This document shows positions 22,567 through 35,987 of a stretch of 64,000 nt of DNA, piece by piece. Origin of the DNA: Plasmodiophora brassicae (Eukaryota); contig CP145409.1 in the NCBI GenBank assembly GCA_036867785.1, forward strand, positions 682,001 to 746,000. Direction: 5' to 3'. Every line of letters starts with the position of its first letter. The stretch's first letter is position 1. The notes beneath the pieces were generated by a model, which ran no database searches, had not been told where the DNA came from, and saw only the letters and a program-made list of their open reading frames with translations. A program made the translations under genes and the position numbers.

Positions 22567-24432
22567 TTAGTTCCGCACTTTCTCAAAGATCGCAAACGGA
22601 AACATATGATCAGAAGGGAACAGCACATCCCGCGTATCGTCGACACCGAAACCAGCCGACAGACCTTCTGGAACTGGGGTACCGGGGCCTCCTCCAACGA
22701 CGGAGCAGTACAGAGGTTTCAGGTCTTAAGCGCGTAAGTGAGATGAATGCCTTGCCACGCACACAGCTGGACATGTTAGGTTACCTTGTGAGGCGAAGAT
22801 GTAGTCAATCCGGGACTTTGGATACCAGGAGTTGAACGTATACCCATCATTACTGTTAACGCTTTTCTGTAAAGGCATTAGAAGATGCCACGCGATAACG
22901 CCAGCACAACGCGAACCGGATGGGCCTCTCGCCAAGCATCGCGTAACAAGGGAAACGATCGTTCAGCAGACACGTGCTCGGCATTGAAGTCCCCTGTTAG
23001 GACCACAGGAGCGGCTTTCTGGAAACGATTCAGCCAGTGTAAAACGTTTCTAGCTCCAGGTAACATGGTTACCGAGGACACGGAGGCAGTTATCCATTCA
23101 TTCAGTTCAGACATTGTTCTCGCTCTCGCGGACGCACTGAGCGATCTACCAGAAACGGCGTGTCAGCATGCCTGTGAAATTTGAATCATCATAGCGTATC
23201 ATACAGGTGCGTTGTGACAATATGGGTAACCGGGTCAGCGTCATCCGGTGCTCCCCAGCGAATGGACGCGCGCAAACCAATACGCTGGTGAAAATCTTGG
23301 CCATCGTACGGATCAAGGGAGAGCTTAATGAAGGAGGTTTCTACAATGGGAAACCTGCTGAAAATCGCAAGACCCTCATGAACTGATCAGGCGAGTTAGG
23401 GACATAACCACGCTGAACCATTACTACTGACCAATTTCTTGGTTGTCTCGGAACCGCATCGCTGGCTGGAACACGAATTGCATGTCCGGCAAGATCGAGC
23501 GCAAGTCGTCGACCATGAATCGGTTTCGAGGTTCAAGGCTCACCTTCCGCGAGCGCACCTCCTGGAAGGTAATCACGTCAGGCAACAGGGTCTCAAACTG
23601 CTCTACGAGCAATGGCAGTCGTTTCAGCCAGTGATTGTAGTTCCAGGTGTTGACAGAGAGCACGCGAAGGGTCGGCGACCGCGGTCGGATTGACAAGCTC
23701 GGAATCGTCGATGCTGGCAGAACCAGGTCTGGGTACCTGGGACCCTTCCATGTATACGGACATGTATATCTACATTCTCGATCAGTACGTAGCGATGGGA
23801 CACAACCATCATGCATTACTTCGTGACTGCAGAGACACCGGAGCTGTCTGTGGCAATGACAACTTCGTGATCGAATGTGACGGAGCGGTCAGAACGCGAG
23901 GCAATGCGAAGGGACAGCTTGTGAACTGTGTCAATAGGCACTGCATAACGTGGCGATTACATAAAACCGATTCCGTGAGCGGCCACGCTTCTGACCTTTG
24001 ACTTCCGGCAACGTTTCCGTTGTGGTCGTCAACGACAGAACGTCGACGAGGACGAGACGGTTGCCGCCGACAGCAGCCATAGTGCGAAGAGAATCCATCG
24101 CAAACTGGAAACATGTCAAAGCTAGGTTAACTATCAGATGGCGGTGCTAATGGCCGACGCACCTGCACGACTTGATTGCTGTACTGCTCAGGCGGCGCTA
24201 CAGCATGGTCGGTTAGAGTTGTCGACGACCTTGCGCGGCTTGCGGGTGACACGGCCCACACAATGATAGCGAGGACAAGCAGAGCGCCGATACCAGCAGT
24301 AACGAGCACGGGCATGAAATTGCGTCCAAACCGTCGTCGCATCCAATGCATCACGCCACGACGGCTCCTGTAGAGCAGGCTGCCGGGTCGGCTGTGGTCG
24401 GACGCTGCACGCCGGTTGCGAAGCGGCTCCAT
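22567..24432 (-). CDS. Endonuclease/exonuclease/phosphatase (EEP) family protein with N-terminal TM anchor
   Basis: LRVLSVNTWN, PDVITFQEV, VVLTGDFNA, SRIDYIF and PSDH motifs. N-terminal hydrophobic helix VLVTAGIGALLVLAIIVWAV. Confidence 0.85.
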
Positions 24433-24870
24433 GGGCGCTGGACGTGCGCCAACGTAACTCCGTGTCCGTCGACGCCCATGGCCAATAGGGCGGCCTCAAC
24501 GCTCGCTATAGCCTCGAATGGTATTCCCCCCGTCATTGGCCATCCGCCTTCCATCATTCCTTTTTCACACACACACACACCCCGGTGAAAGCATGAGCAC
24601 GTATTCTGCGCCCGAGTTCTGTTCCAGGGTCCGCTTCGAACGTGTATACCTGTTACTACCAGGAACAGTAGGCAGTACCAGGCCATGTTCCCTACCAACG
24701 TAGGCACGGGAATTCCGGCGATTACTGCCGGGCTGTGGATGTGGATGTTCAAGTTGGGAGGAGGCTGCCGGAAGCAAAAATGTCAAGCAGCCCCGGGGGC
24801 AAAGGTGAGCCGCGTCGATCGAGGCCGACCTGGGCTCGCGATTTTTTGGGATTGGTTGTCGTGCGTCGGG

Positions 24871-27619
24871 ATGGCCGCCGACACGACAACAGCTGATATT
24901 GATCAGCTGCTGAAGGACACGGACCAGTTCCTGAATCAGCACAGCCTGCAGGCATCGAAGGCGTCGGTGGACGGGGGGACTGCGGGGACGGCGGCGGTGG
25001 GCCCTGACGACCAGGTCGACCGGTTGTTACGGGACACGGATTCGCTGTTGCGCGAGATTGACCTCCAGTCGGCATCGAGGCGTCAACCGGCGGCATCGCC
25101 GACGTCGTCATCTGCCAGTGGTGACGATACTATCGACCACCATGTCGACAATTTATTGAAGCGGTCCGCTGCCGTACTCGTTGATGACGACAAGGGTGCC
25201 GCAGCACCCAGCAGCTCAAGCGATATCGATGCCTTGAAACGAACTTCCAGGATCTTGAACACCAACGCCAGCTCTGAATCGGATAACGATATTCCCATTC
25301 TCCGCTCTGAGGTCGAAAGTCGTCCCAGGCTCATCAACCTGGATCGCGGTTCTCCTGGTATTTCCAGTTCAGGTCTGGTGTACACTGGAATCAACGAATG
25401 TCTCCCTGACATTGCGCGGTCAGACCTCCCTGTCGTCAACCGCTTGTTAGCGCGTTGCGGCTTCTCGAACATCGACAATGAGAATCAAGCGCTGCGCACG
25501 CTTCTATCCGTCCTGACGCAATACGAGGTTAAATCGGACCAACTCCACAGTATGACTGAGCAGCAGAACAGGGTGCGTTACATCCCATGTTACGACGAAG
25601 CGTCGGGGGTCGATCTCTCATGCGTCCCCACAGGAAAAGGCGTATGGAGGTCCTGCAACGTCCCAGCAAACCGAGTTCTTGGAATCGGCTAACAGGACGT
25701 TGAACTACAAGTTGCAAGAATCGCAGAAGACAATTGAGGTGGGGAAACCGGAATGGCCTCGGAAAGGAGTGCAGGGTTCGCTGACGGTTCTGCAAAGAAA
25801 CTCACGGCGTCGCTACAGCAGCATCAGGGGCAGTCGTCACCGGCACCCGACGATGAACTGAAACGCCTGCGAACGAAGAACACGTCGCTGAAGGCCAAGG
25901 TGGCGCAGATCGAACACGAGCTACGACGTAAAGAAACGCTTGTTGAAGAAATGCAGTCGAAGCTGCAGAAGATATCTGCCAAGGTCGGGCCCTGCAGATA
26001 CGATAGGAACAGGCGTGCTGATGGATTGCGTAGGAGGATGCTCGGAGAGAGCATGAAACGGAACTGTTCAAAGAAATATTCGCAAAGGGGCCACGTGCTT
26101 CGTCGCTGAAAGACAGTCGAACACTTGAGTTGCTCGGCGCGTTCGATGCGCAGAGGAAACGGATGCAGGAGGAAATCGACGCGCTGACGAGGAAATGTGA
26201 AGCGCTCAGTCCTTCTGTCCACTCGGCGGATGCACAAATGCAAGTACAGACGCTGCGAGACGAGATCGCCCGTCTCAAAGATGAACTTGAGCGTCGTCCA
26301 AGCGTTCGGCAGTGGCAAGACGCGCAGAACGAAATGAAAGCCTTACGGGCCCAACTTGCAGAAGCTCGCAGCGTTGGCGATTTCCGCCAGAAGTTATCAA
26401 CGCGAGAGCTGATTGAACGGGATCGCGATATTCACCGTCTGACGCTGGGCAAGATCGAGCACATACCGCAACCGATCTGTGTAGAAATTCTTCAGGACGT
26501 CTGCCGGTTGTTGGAAGTTGATGACGTCGCCCTTATTCTGCCATCTCTGAAGAAGGTTTGCAAGGCCGTGTCCAGAATCCCGCTTTTACAGTCGGTCAGT
26601 TCTGCTATTATCTGCTCAGTGTGCCATTGGTTAACTTTTCATCCTCTTGCAGTTTGTACGTGACGTCCTTGCCCTTGTCGGCATTGATGCTGACAACGAA
26701 GGCGATCCATATATCGCGATCAAACGCACCGTCCCCATCTTGACGTCATGGAAAGAGGATATGAAAACATTGGCGAAGCTTGAAGCGTTCAAACGTGACC
26801 TGTGGCATCGTATACAGCAGCGCCGATCTGCGTTGATCCAAGACAGAACGCCGGAAGTTCCTTCCACTTCTCAGCCGTTGGAGACTCAGGTAAACATGGT
26901 TAACTGCATGGATCTTACCTGTCCTGACCTGCTGTAGATGACAACAATTCTGTCGTCGCTCGACGAACTTATTGCAACTGAAGCAACATTACTCGATGGC
27001 AAGAAGGCGTTCGAGAACTTGGAAGAGTTTGTTCAGGCACGACCCGATATTCTGTGCAACAAGATTGTTGGTCACTTCATGCAACTATTCTCTGTTGATT
27101 CCATTGAAGGCGTTTTGCCTGCCATGAGTAAGCTCTGCGTCGACATTGAATCGGCCCATAACTTCATGAATGCCATTCGATCAACTCTTCGACTGGATTC
27201 CAATGCGTCTGTTAGCGCCATCATTGCGCAAGTTCAAAGATTGGCAGACAACGTTCCCAGCAGCACCGACCGTAGCCAAGAGCCTGATTTCCAATCCGCC
27301 GATGCTCTCATCCAGTTGCGTCAACTGCTGCATGTGCAAACCACATCCCAAATTGTCGAGGCATGTCGAAAGTAAGGATATGAATCATTCTCCATACTGC
27401 TGATGCTAACTATAATGGTTAAGGCTCGCGGATCGATGCGCTCTGTACGATGGGCTGTTTCCCCACGTCGACAGAGTGCTGAATCGTTTGTTTACGATTC
27501 TGCGTGTGCATCACATTGTCGGTACCCGTGTGTTCATATGCTTTATGCTGGCGTTTCTGACGACTCTTGCCAACCAGGATGACATTGTACCGGCAGTGCA
27601 GAGGCTTTCTGTTCACTGA
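24871..27619 (+). CDS. Coiled-coil protein, CEP70-like, multi-exon
   Basis: Long coiled-coil, then ILQDVCRLLEVDD and IVGHFMQLFSVDSIEGVLPAMSKL, resembling the CEP70 C-terminal region. Confidence 0.6.
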
Positions 27620-27772
27620 CGGCTTTATCGAGATGCTGATTTCCCGAGTTGGGCGCACGCTTCTTGTGGATCTACACGAACCCGCACTGGCTGACGTTGT
27701 CACGGTCCGCTGTCGCTGTATATACCGGCCTCTGCTGCGTTAAATGATATGGAGAATATTAAAGTTAATGCG

Positions 27773-28127
27773 TCCTAAGATTCACGCTCTATGTACCTAC
27801 TCTGTTGCGCCCCAAGATCCCGATAATTGCGAAATCGGAGACGCACTGAAACAGGGTACGGTTGCGCTGTCTGTATGGAGCGATGGCCTCCTTCATTCGT
27901 TCCATTTCGTACTGGCCATCGTGTACAGTGTACACTGAGGATTCACCCGGTACGGTGACCAGTTACACGCCGTCACCGATTGGCGCTCTCTGGCGGTAGT
28001 AATGGCCAACGGGTAACCATTCGCTTGGGTAGAAAAGATCCAGACACTGCCGTATCGGTGTGCCCGACACATTCAATATAACGACGGCTGGGGAATATAA
28101 AATAATTTTTCCTAAGTTTCACGCTCT
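27773..28127. repeat. Direct repeat of the BET-gene stop region flanking a hairpin-rich ~320-bp segment
   Basis: TCCTAAGATTCACGCTCT (27773-27790) vs TCCTAAGTTTCACGCTCT (28110-28127), 17/18 identical, with weaker similarity about 20 bp further left. Confidence 0.6.
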
Positions 28128-30196
28128 GAAGATGCCGGTCAGGAAATCCGACTGGTCCTCGACATCGCTGTTGCTGCTCTCAGCCTCACGATCAAGCTCT
28201 CTGCGCGCAGCCGCCCGCTCTTCTTCGAGCTGCCGCGATCTTTCCTTCTCGCGGGCCGCTTCCTCTTCCTTCCGCTGGCGCTCCTCGGCCTCGCGCTGTC
28301 TCCTTGCCTGTTCAGCCTGAGCAGCCAGCTCCTTAGCAGCACACTCTTGCTCTTGCCGTCGTCTTTCTTCCTCGGCCTGCCTCTGCAATTCCTTTTGCCT
28401 CGCTTCCGCGCTCATCGTCTGATAATCTCTCCACAGCGGATCATTGTGCTCCCCGCCATCACCATCGCCAACAGCAGATTCGTCTTCTAGGTTCTCCCAC
28501 GCCTCGGTGTTGACGACAACAGGCGCCTGCATCGACTGCGACGACGAAGGCTGCTCCACTGCCGTTGACGATCCGGGCGCCGATTTAGACGAAAGTGCAG
28601 CAGGCTGTATAACAGGGATCTCGGCCTCGTCGTCACTGCTGTCGGAAACAAGGCCACTAGACGACGTTTCATCCGAATCCGACTCATGCCTGGTGACAGC
28701 GGTCGCGACGGAAGTCATGGAGTTCGACAGACGACGTTGCCCCGATGTCAACGGGACAGCTGGTTGCGAGGTGGAACGGACACGACCAGGGGCCTTGGGC
28801 AAGACCCTGGCGACGAACTGTTGAAGTTTCCGTAACGTGGCCGTCGATAGCGACTCCATATCGAGCTCGATTTCCAAGTCCTTGTCAACCGAGGAGCCAT
28901 CGCCGACTGGAGTTCCAGTGATCTCGATGACGCTTTCCAAGTGTTCGGGGAGAACGCGATACAGATCCGCTCGGAGCCTCGATTTCTCAACAAACGTCAA
29001 GGGCTTGTCGACGATACCGGACGACGGTTTCGGCTGAGGGGCAGAAGGTCCATCGACTGCATGTTCTCGAGCAGCGGCTGCCAACTGTTGCTGCTGCTGC
29101 TGGTGCAGAAGAGCTTTCTTGCGTTCCTTCTTCAGGACATCCTTCTTGCGATGCCAAATCTTCTCGAGACGCAGCGCGACATCGTGGACGAATGTCTTCG
29201 GCGCATTGAAGAGTTTGGCATTATCCCATACAAGTTGAACATCAGCGAGGAACGCCGCTAGCTGCGTGTAATGCCCAGATTTCAAACGAGTCATTATGGT
29301 GCCCAAATCCATCGGGTTCTTGATAATCTCAGGATATGTGGGGATGTCAAGAGCGACCCAGTCAACCGGCGCATTAAACAGGTAGCCGTACTCGTTGTGG
29401 ATGAGCTCGTCGATGAAGCGAATGCACAGATCTTTCGATACGTCCATCGACCCGTCATCAGCAACAGGCGGTGCACTCTGGACAACGGCCCCCTTCTTCT
29501 TCGACGCACCCGACGACTTACGCCTCACTGCGGACGAAGCCCGAGGCGTGCACTCACCGTTGCCATCCACAGCGGATGCCAATGCGGCCGTCGCATTACG
29601 TTCAGCAGCGAGAGCACTCTGAAGTCGCTTCAGATAGTCTTCCAGTTCGATTTTCCGTTTCTGCAGGAGCCTCCGTTTGTCGGCGGCCTCAGCAGCGACG
29701 ACGGCCGGATCGACGGTGGGAACTGTGCGCACAATGCCAACAGGTGAACCCACAAACACATCAGAACGGAGGCGCAGGCCTGTACTATACCCTTCTTTAG
29801 GGATAGACGCCTGCGTTTCTGCGTCGACGCATTAGGAAGCGGAGCAGCCGGGTCCAGATGCGCAGCGGCGTTCCCGCCGTTATGCTCGGATGGAGCCGAG
29901 AGCGTATGGTGTCGCGGTTGGCGCGGCATTCGAGCGGATCTGTCATACAGGAAGTCGGCGCTCTTATCGACGGGCCGGCGCGACCGTTTGCCGGAAACGA
30001 TCAGCGTTGACGACGGCTGCGATTCGTGCGCCGGCGCCGGTTCCACCGCCGGCCCTGCATCAACACCGCCTGCTTCATTGACGACACTCGATTCAGGCGA
30101 CACGCCCATCAGCATGCGGGTGGGGGCGCTCGGCGACGTCCTAAGCCCGTCGACGACGACCGAACCCAACCCAACTGGGCTGCGCGCATCCGCCAC
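28119..30196 (-). CDS. Bromodomain and extra-terminal (BET/GTE-like) protein; start approximate
   Basis: Bromodomain FNAPVDWVALDIPTYPEIIKNPMDLGTI..DVQLVWDNAKLFN. ET domain PLTFVEKSRL..EIELDMESLSTATLRKLQQFV. Charged coiled-coil tail. Confidence 0.9.
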
Positions 30197-30423
30197 TGAC
30201 CAGCACCGCCGCCCGGTCAGAAATATCCGTAGCTACCATCCTGGGTGCCCCACCTGCCACGTCACCGTCGGCGCGAACCGCACGTCGCTTCACCGTAAAG
30301 CACACCCGTTGGAGTGGCACCTTATTTCTGCCTACTACAAACGCCAACCACGATTTGGACTGCTGTTGGAATACTAAGGGAGATGCACGAAGGTCTGCGT
30401 GCTGTGACGGTCACCGCTTATGA

Positions 30424-31059
30424 ATGGGAGGTCAGTGTGAAGGGTCCATCCAGGGAATGTCGAGTCCGTCTGCCCATGCAAGGGAGCACCGGGACGACCG
30501 TACAGGAGGGCAAGGTCAGTATTCTGCGACAGCCGAGCTAACGGCGTACCTCAAAACGTACTTCCCTGATTATGTCCCGCCAAGCCCGGTGCCCATAGCA
30601 CGACTTGCCGACACGTCAAGTACGAGGCCGGCACGTCGCCTAGTACTGCCCGCCAAGGATGTCGGGTCTGGGCCGCCATCACCAGCAGCGATTAGTGATG
30701 ATGAAGAATATGCGCTAGGCAGTGATGACCTAGAGGCCGACGACGATATACAATGGATTGATCGACGCACGTGGCGAAGCAAGCACAGTCGTGCAGCAAC
30801 AAGGCGCGATCAGTCTCCTGGAATGGCAACATCTGACCCGCAATCGCGAGTCGCCAGGCGGTTGGAATCATTCCTGACAGAGTACAGGGATGGTCTCGAG
30901 TCGGCCTGCTTCAGAGCCCCTGACCAGACAGACTGCGTGGTCATGAGCGGCGATGATGACGTTCCAGATGTACTCCAGGGCGTCTGGCGGGCCAGGCCGT
31001 ATACAACGCCTGCGAACGGGCAGCAGTTCGACCTATCCGACGAAGAAGCTGCCATTTAA
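30424..31059 (+). CDS. Hypothetical protein
   Basis: 211-codon ORF with protein-like acidic composition, divergent from the BET gene. No domain recognised; start uncertain. Confidence 0.4.
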   Translation: MGGQCEGSIQGMSSPSAHAREHRDDRTGGQGQYSATAELTAYLKTYFPDYVPPSPVPIARLADTSSTRPARRLVLPAKDVGSGPPSPAAISDDEEYALGSDDLEADDDIQWIDRRTWRSKHSRAATRRDQSPGMATSDPQSRVARRLESFLTEYRDGLESACFRAPDQTDCVVMSGDDDVPDVLQGVWRARPYTTPANGQQFDLSDEEAAI

Positions 31060-31071
31060 CACATGGTGTAC

Positions 31072-33274
31072 TTAAGGAGCCGCAAATACAATGCCTTGCG
31101 ACAACGGGAGGGCATTTGAGTGATTAATGGTGCACGTCACCCGACGACAATACTGTTTCCAGGCATCCGATCCAGATTCGCGGCCGCCGCCAGTTTCTTT
31201 GTCACCACCAAACGCGCCACCAATTTCGGCACCACTTGTTCCAATGTTGACATTGACAATGCCTGACTGATGGTTTAGTGTGGACGGCGCCCTTATGCGG
31301 AAACAATGACATATACCGCAATCGGAGCCGTTAGGTCCAGCCCACTGAAACAGATTTCTCATGTCACGTGTAAACAGCGACGATGACAGGCCCTGGGGAA
31401 CGGAATTGTTCACCTCAATTGCCTCTGTCAAGTTGTTCACCTGACAGAGATGAAGGTGTCAAACCAGAAACACATGTCACGCGAGATGTAGACAGACCCG
31501 GAACAAGTACAAGATAGGAGCGAACACCTCGCGGCGAACGCATTCAGCAGAGGGGTCGACCTCAACTAAAGTCGGCTCCACGAATAGGTTATCAGGTTTA
31601 GATGGACCGTGCTGTTTGCCTCCTAAGAGAATGCGACCGCCGGCAGCTTGAATGTCGCTGATCCCTTGCAGGAACGCTTTGAGAGCCGCTGTCATCATTG
31701 TACGTCAATTACACCATACCAATGGCGTCACTGACTTCAAACCTGGGTTGTGAAGTGGACCACAGAGAGTGTCCGTCTCCAACGGGTCGCCGATCTTGAC
31801 ATTTTTCAAAGCACTAACCAGACGTGTAGTAAACTCGTCGTATACGTCGCTATGAATGATAAGGCGTCTGAGAGTAGTGCATCGTTGTCCCGCTGTCCCG
31901 ACAGATGAGAAGACGGCGGCCTGCAGTATGTAGTATCTCAGTCTGAGATCATGCAGGTACAACCACAACGAACCAACATACATTGAGAGCGAGAGCCATG
32001 TCCGCATCATCCATTACAATTATGGCATTGTTTCCACCAAGTTCCAGTATGGATCTCCCGAACCGAGAAGCAACAGCAGTTCCTACGCTTTGGCCAACTT
32101 TCGTGGAGCCCGTGAATGAAACGAGGGCATTACGAGGATCGTTAACCATAGCGGATCCTGCTCACATCAATCAGGAGCTGTCCGGAAACACAGATGTCCA
32201 GCACACCAACCGATGGTACTTCCTGTGCCGCATGCGAATGACGCGATTACACCCGGGAACTTCATGTCCTCGAGGACATCGGCTATTATTTTCGCCGATG
32301 CGACGCCACACAGGGTAACCGTATCCGCAGGCTTCCTAAGCGTCCAGTTACTGCATTTGCCGCTTCCACGATTCTCTTGTGCATACGATTACCAGATATG
32401 TGTGTTTCCCGCTACCAGTGATAGACAGGCATTCCAAAAGAAGACAGCAACAGGAACTGTCGGTGCGAAAAGTTAACAATCACTCCATCGGCAGAATGGC
32501 GAAATGTGCTCCTACAGTTGAAAGCGCTAATGATGGCCACATTTCCTGATACTATGGCTCAGCATGTCAACTCTTGCGTTCGCAACGAGTATTCACCTTT
32601 GAGAGGGAGATAGCGTTCCATCATGAAGTGCTTGGGTCTTTCTGAAGGCATTACTGACCCGTGCAACATTCGCGACAAACCACAAGCGAAGTCACACATA
32701 TCGATTGCCTCCTGGAGACATACTGCTTAATTACCGACAAGGTCCGACTTGTTTGACACATCTGACAAATCACCTGCACTTCTCCGATGCCTTCCTGTGA
32801 AATGCACGGTCAGCGCAGCCGCGAGAAGAATAATCAGCACCTTACGGCGAGTATCTTTCCCATTTCCAGAGAGATGAGAGTTCCTAGCGCTTCCCGCTTT
32901 CGACGTAACTCGGTGCCGATCCGTCGGACAACTACTACAATAAGGCATCCCCATCTTCGGCATTGTGAGCGCATGCATATACCTTCACCACGAACCGGAG
33001 CAGGAACATCCGCCCACTCAGCACGCACACTGTCCATCTTGTTCATAGCAGTATCGTACTCATCAATTGTTGCCCCACGCGTCTTGCCAATAACTGTGTT
33101 CGTCGCCGGGTTCACTGACGTGAACGTCTCACCCGTCCCACCCCACTGCCCGTCGAAACAGCCCGCATTGACTTCCGATCCGGATAAACCCAGTTCCGAC
33201 AGAACTGATGCTATGCGAGCGTTTGCCGCCCCTGAAGACCACCGCCGGCAGAGGGATCGCCCAAGCGACAACAT
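31072..33274 (-). CDS. ALDH7A1: Aldehyde dehydrogenase family 7 (alpha-aminoadipic semialdehyde dehydrogenase/antiquitin)
   Basis: [69 protein letters not shown]. Mitochondrial-type N-terminus [14 protein letters not shown]. Confidence 0.95.
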
Positions 33275-33444
33275 ATCTTCTGTGTCAAACGATGAGCGAA
33301 GTCGAAAATATTCCAAATGGCCATCGCAGCACAAAAAAAACGCGACGCCGCCCACACCCAACCAACCGGCCGAGCGTGTCTGGCAGAACAGTGAACATGC
33401 GGCCGGCTCACTTTACGTGTTGGCGTGGATGATAACACATGGGA

Positions 33445-35700
33445 TCAGGCTTGCAGAATTGTATCGAACATCTGATATACGCGCGTATTAATTCTCGGGG
33501 ACAGAAAACTGCGAATACAGCAGTTCAGGATGCGGGGACCCGGACCACAGAGCGCAGAGATCGCATTTCCCACTTGTTCACAGGCAGTGGTATTTACTTG
33601 TAGGTCGCAGGGTGCTATTCCACCAAGGAAGTTCGTCTACGCAAATACGATTAGTTCGGAAGATGGGAGGCAGAATATCACATACAGCCTCGTTCTGAGT
33701 GCAAATAACATCAATAGATCCGGTTGCATCTTCACACCGCAGTACGAACAGCCAGGTCCATATGGTGTCCTCCGAGTTGCAACCCAAACATGTCGAAAAC
33801 CCGTTGGTTCTAGTTGTCATGTCACCTCAGACTGACAGCAGGCCATGGCGGAAACGTACAACTGTTCGCATTGCGGGCACATGCGCTGACAGAACTGTTG
33901 GACGGAAGCGGGCCAGAAAGCAGCCACACGAAGACGGCAATGAAATTTGGCGACAGCCTGCAGACGTATAATCCAGTGAATTCTAGTGATCACACGACCC
34001 TCATGAGAACACATTACGTCTAGACATGAAAGGATCGTCTTGACGGGCGAGATCGCTATTGCATCATGCGGAGTCATGGACACAAACAAAGGGGAAAGGA
34101 CTGGATGATGAGGCATCCCGTCGGCATCCATGCCCTGAGTAGAGAATTACAAACATGCTGAAACAAATGACGGCGAATAGGACACACATTAGCAGAGGGC
34201 GCTGGTGAAGGGAGAGGTGCTGGAGAGGATGCTCGACTGACGCGACGCTGTTGACCAGTGCCAAGAAATAGGGGAAGCGGTTGAAGACGTAACTGCTCAA
34301 TGCACCAGCGCTCATGGTCGGTCACAGATGGGATATTTTCGTCAGGAAACTGGAAGTACGGCTGAATCATACTTCAGAAACGAAACCGAGAAGGGCAACG
34401 AGACAAATACCTGAGAAGCGTCGTCTGCTTCGCTCGCATCACGATTAAAGACCAACAGATGAGAGTTCCGTTTGTCCACAACGATCTGCATACGGTTTCT
34501 ATGATACTGAACTAGACCAGACCGAATACAGACAATATCCCCAGGTCGGATATCTTCTGGCAATGACTCCTACACATGGACAGAATTTATATGGAGATGG
34601 GAGATGATAACGTCGAGGAATGTCGATACCTGCTGATGGAAGATGTTGACAATAACGAAGCTGTCCGGTTCGAGAAGGCTTTGGTCGGTAATATACAGTG
34701 TAACCTTCCAATCTGTAGACATTCGGTGAGCAATGCCCCTTACGCCTGACCCTTTAGAAGATTACCAGTTCCGTTTGTTGCGAATCCGCTCTGGAACTTA
34801 CAAACAACTGCAACTAGATTCACGCGGCTTCTTCTGGCATCCACTGGCTGGCTTATATGCGAGGCGGCTCCAACGAACTGGAGCATATCTATTTCGCCCA
34901 GTTTGTCCCATCTACGGTCGTCGCTTCCAGCTGAAGCGACCTCCTGAAAAGGCCAACCCCGACGGATATCATCGAAAGACCGCTAGAGCAGCAATTAGAA
35001 CGTGCGACAGAATTAAGAAGCTGCCCGTGACTTACAATCCACACATTAGTCTTCCTGTCATCGTCGTCCAGGTCGACGACTGCCTTCAGTTTGGGCTCTT
35101 GGGAGTAGCGGAATCCAGCGATGGAAACAACTGTTCGTGATCGCCTACCAGACGTCACGAATTTTTCAATATGCGGTACCCATCGCCCATGAAATTCGAT
35201 CTGGCAGCAGCATATGTACATCACGTCGTGGGTTATCGGAATACAGAATATCGTCGAACCTCAATTGTGCTTTGCGACGATCGTTCCAGTGCGTCAACGG
35301 CCTGGATAACAACGAACGGTCGGGGCTCGTTACTCTACGGAATCGATAATCACTGGGCACGCCGAAATCATGTGAGCCGGCATACGGTTTGGAGAACGCG
35401 AACTGGCAGAACGCATATCTGGAAGACGTTGTTGTTCGGCTGGTGGCCGTTCTGCAGCAAAGCGGCAACCCTGACCTGAGGGACTACGGCCTGTGCCATT
35501 TGCCACACTGCAACAGAAACTCCGCACCAAGGGCGGCGGGCGCCAAAGGCCATCCCGCAACCCGCACAACCTCAAGCGGGAAGCTGCCGGCATTGTTTAA
35601 TTCCTTCGCGAATCCTCCGTGTTCCTTATTCCGCGCACGAAGAAAATTTGTAGCTCGTGCAGTGCCATCCCTGATCGTCGAAGCACTTGATGCATGTGTC
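33445..35700 (-). CDS. POT1: Protection of telomeres 1 (POT1/TEBP-alpha-like) protein; 5' end approximate
   Basis: Spliced OB1: VNLVAVVCKFQSGFATNGTDWKVTLYITDQS..LPEDIRPGDIVCIRSGLVQYH. C-terminal OB with Zn ligands: KFHCRLRVAAFWP..MCPQC..CLGC..LFVLRCEDATGSI..LNCCIRSF..VYQMFDTIL. Confidence 0.85.
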
Positions 35701-35987
35701 AACTATTTAGCGGCAAGGTGATTGTCTCGAAAGTCGTTCGCTAGACACAGGACGCGCAAAGCGTATGTATTCGTCAAGCAGTTCCCAAGCCTCAAACTGC
35801 TACGGCGTCTCCCAATGTGAAATGTGACAGTCCGTCCCAAGTCCAATTCCCGAAAGGCAAAGCCTAAAAACGTTTCCGAACGCAGATTCTAATTTTGGAC
35901 GCATCGGCCTCGGGTGTCGTTTGGCGCGGGTCGCGCAGGCCTCGCTATTTCGATATCGACTGACGACAACCAGAGGCCAGCCCAGAC

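Noticed and set aside
27780-28050. U3 snoRNA or H/ACA snoRNA identity for the structured segment
   Set aside because: GAGCGTGAA resembles U3 box B and an ACA follows the last hairpin. However, boxes C'/C/D and an ANANNA H box are missing or wrongly spaced.
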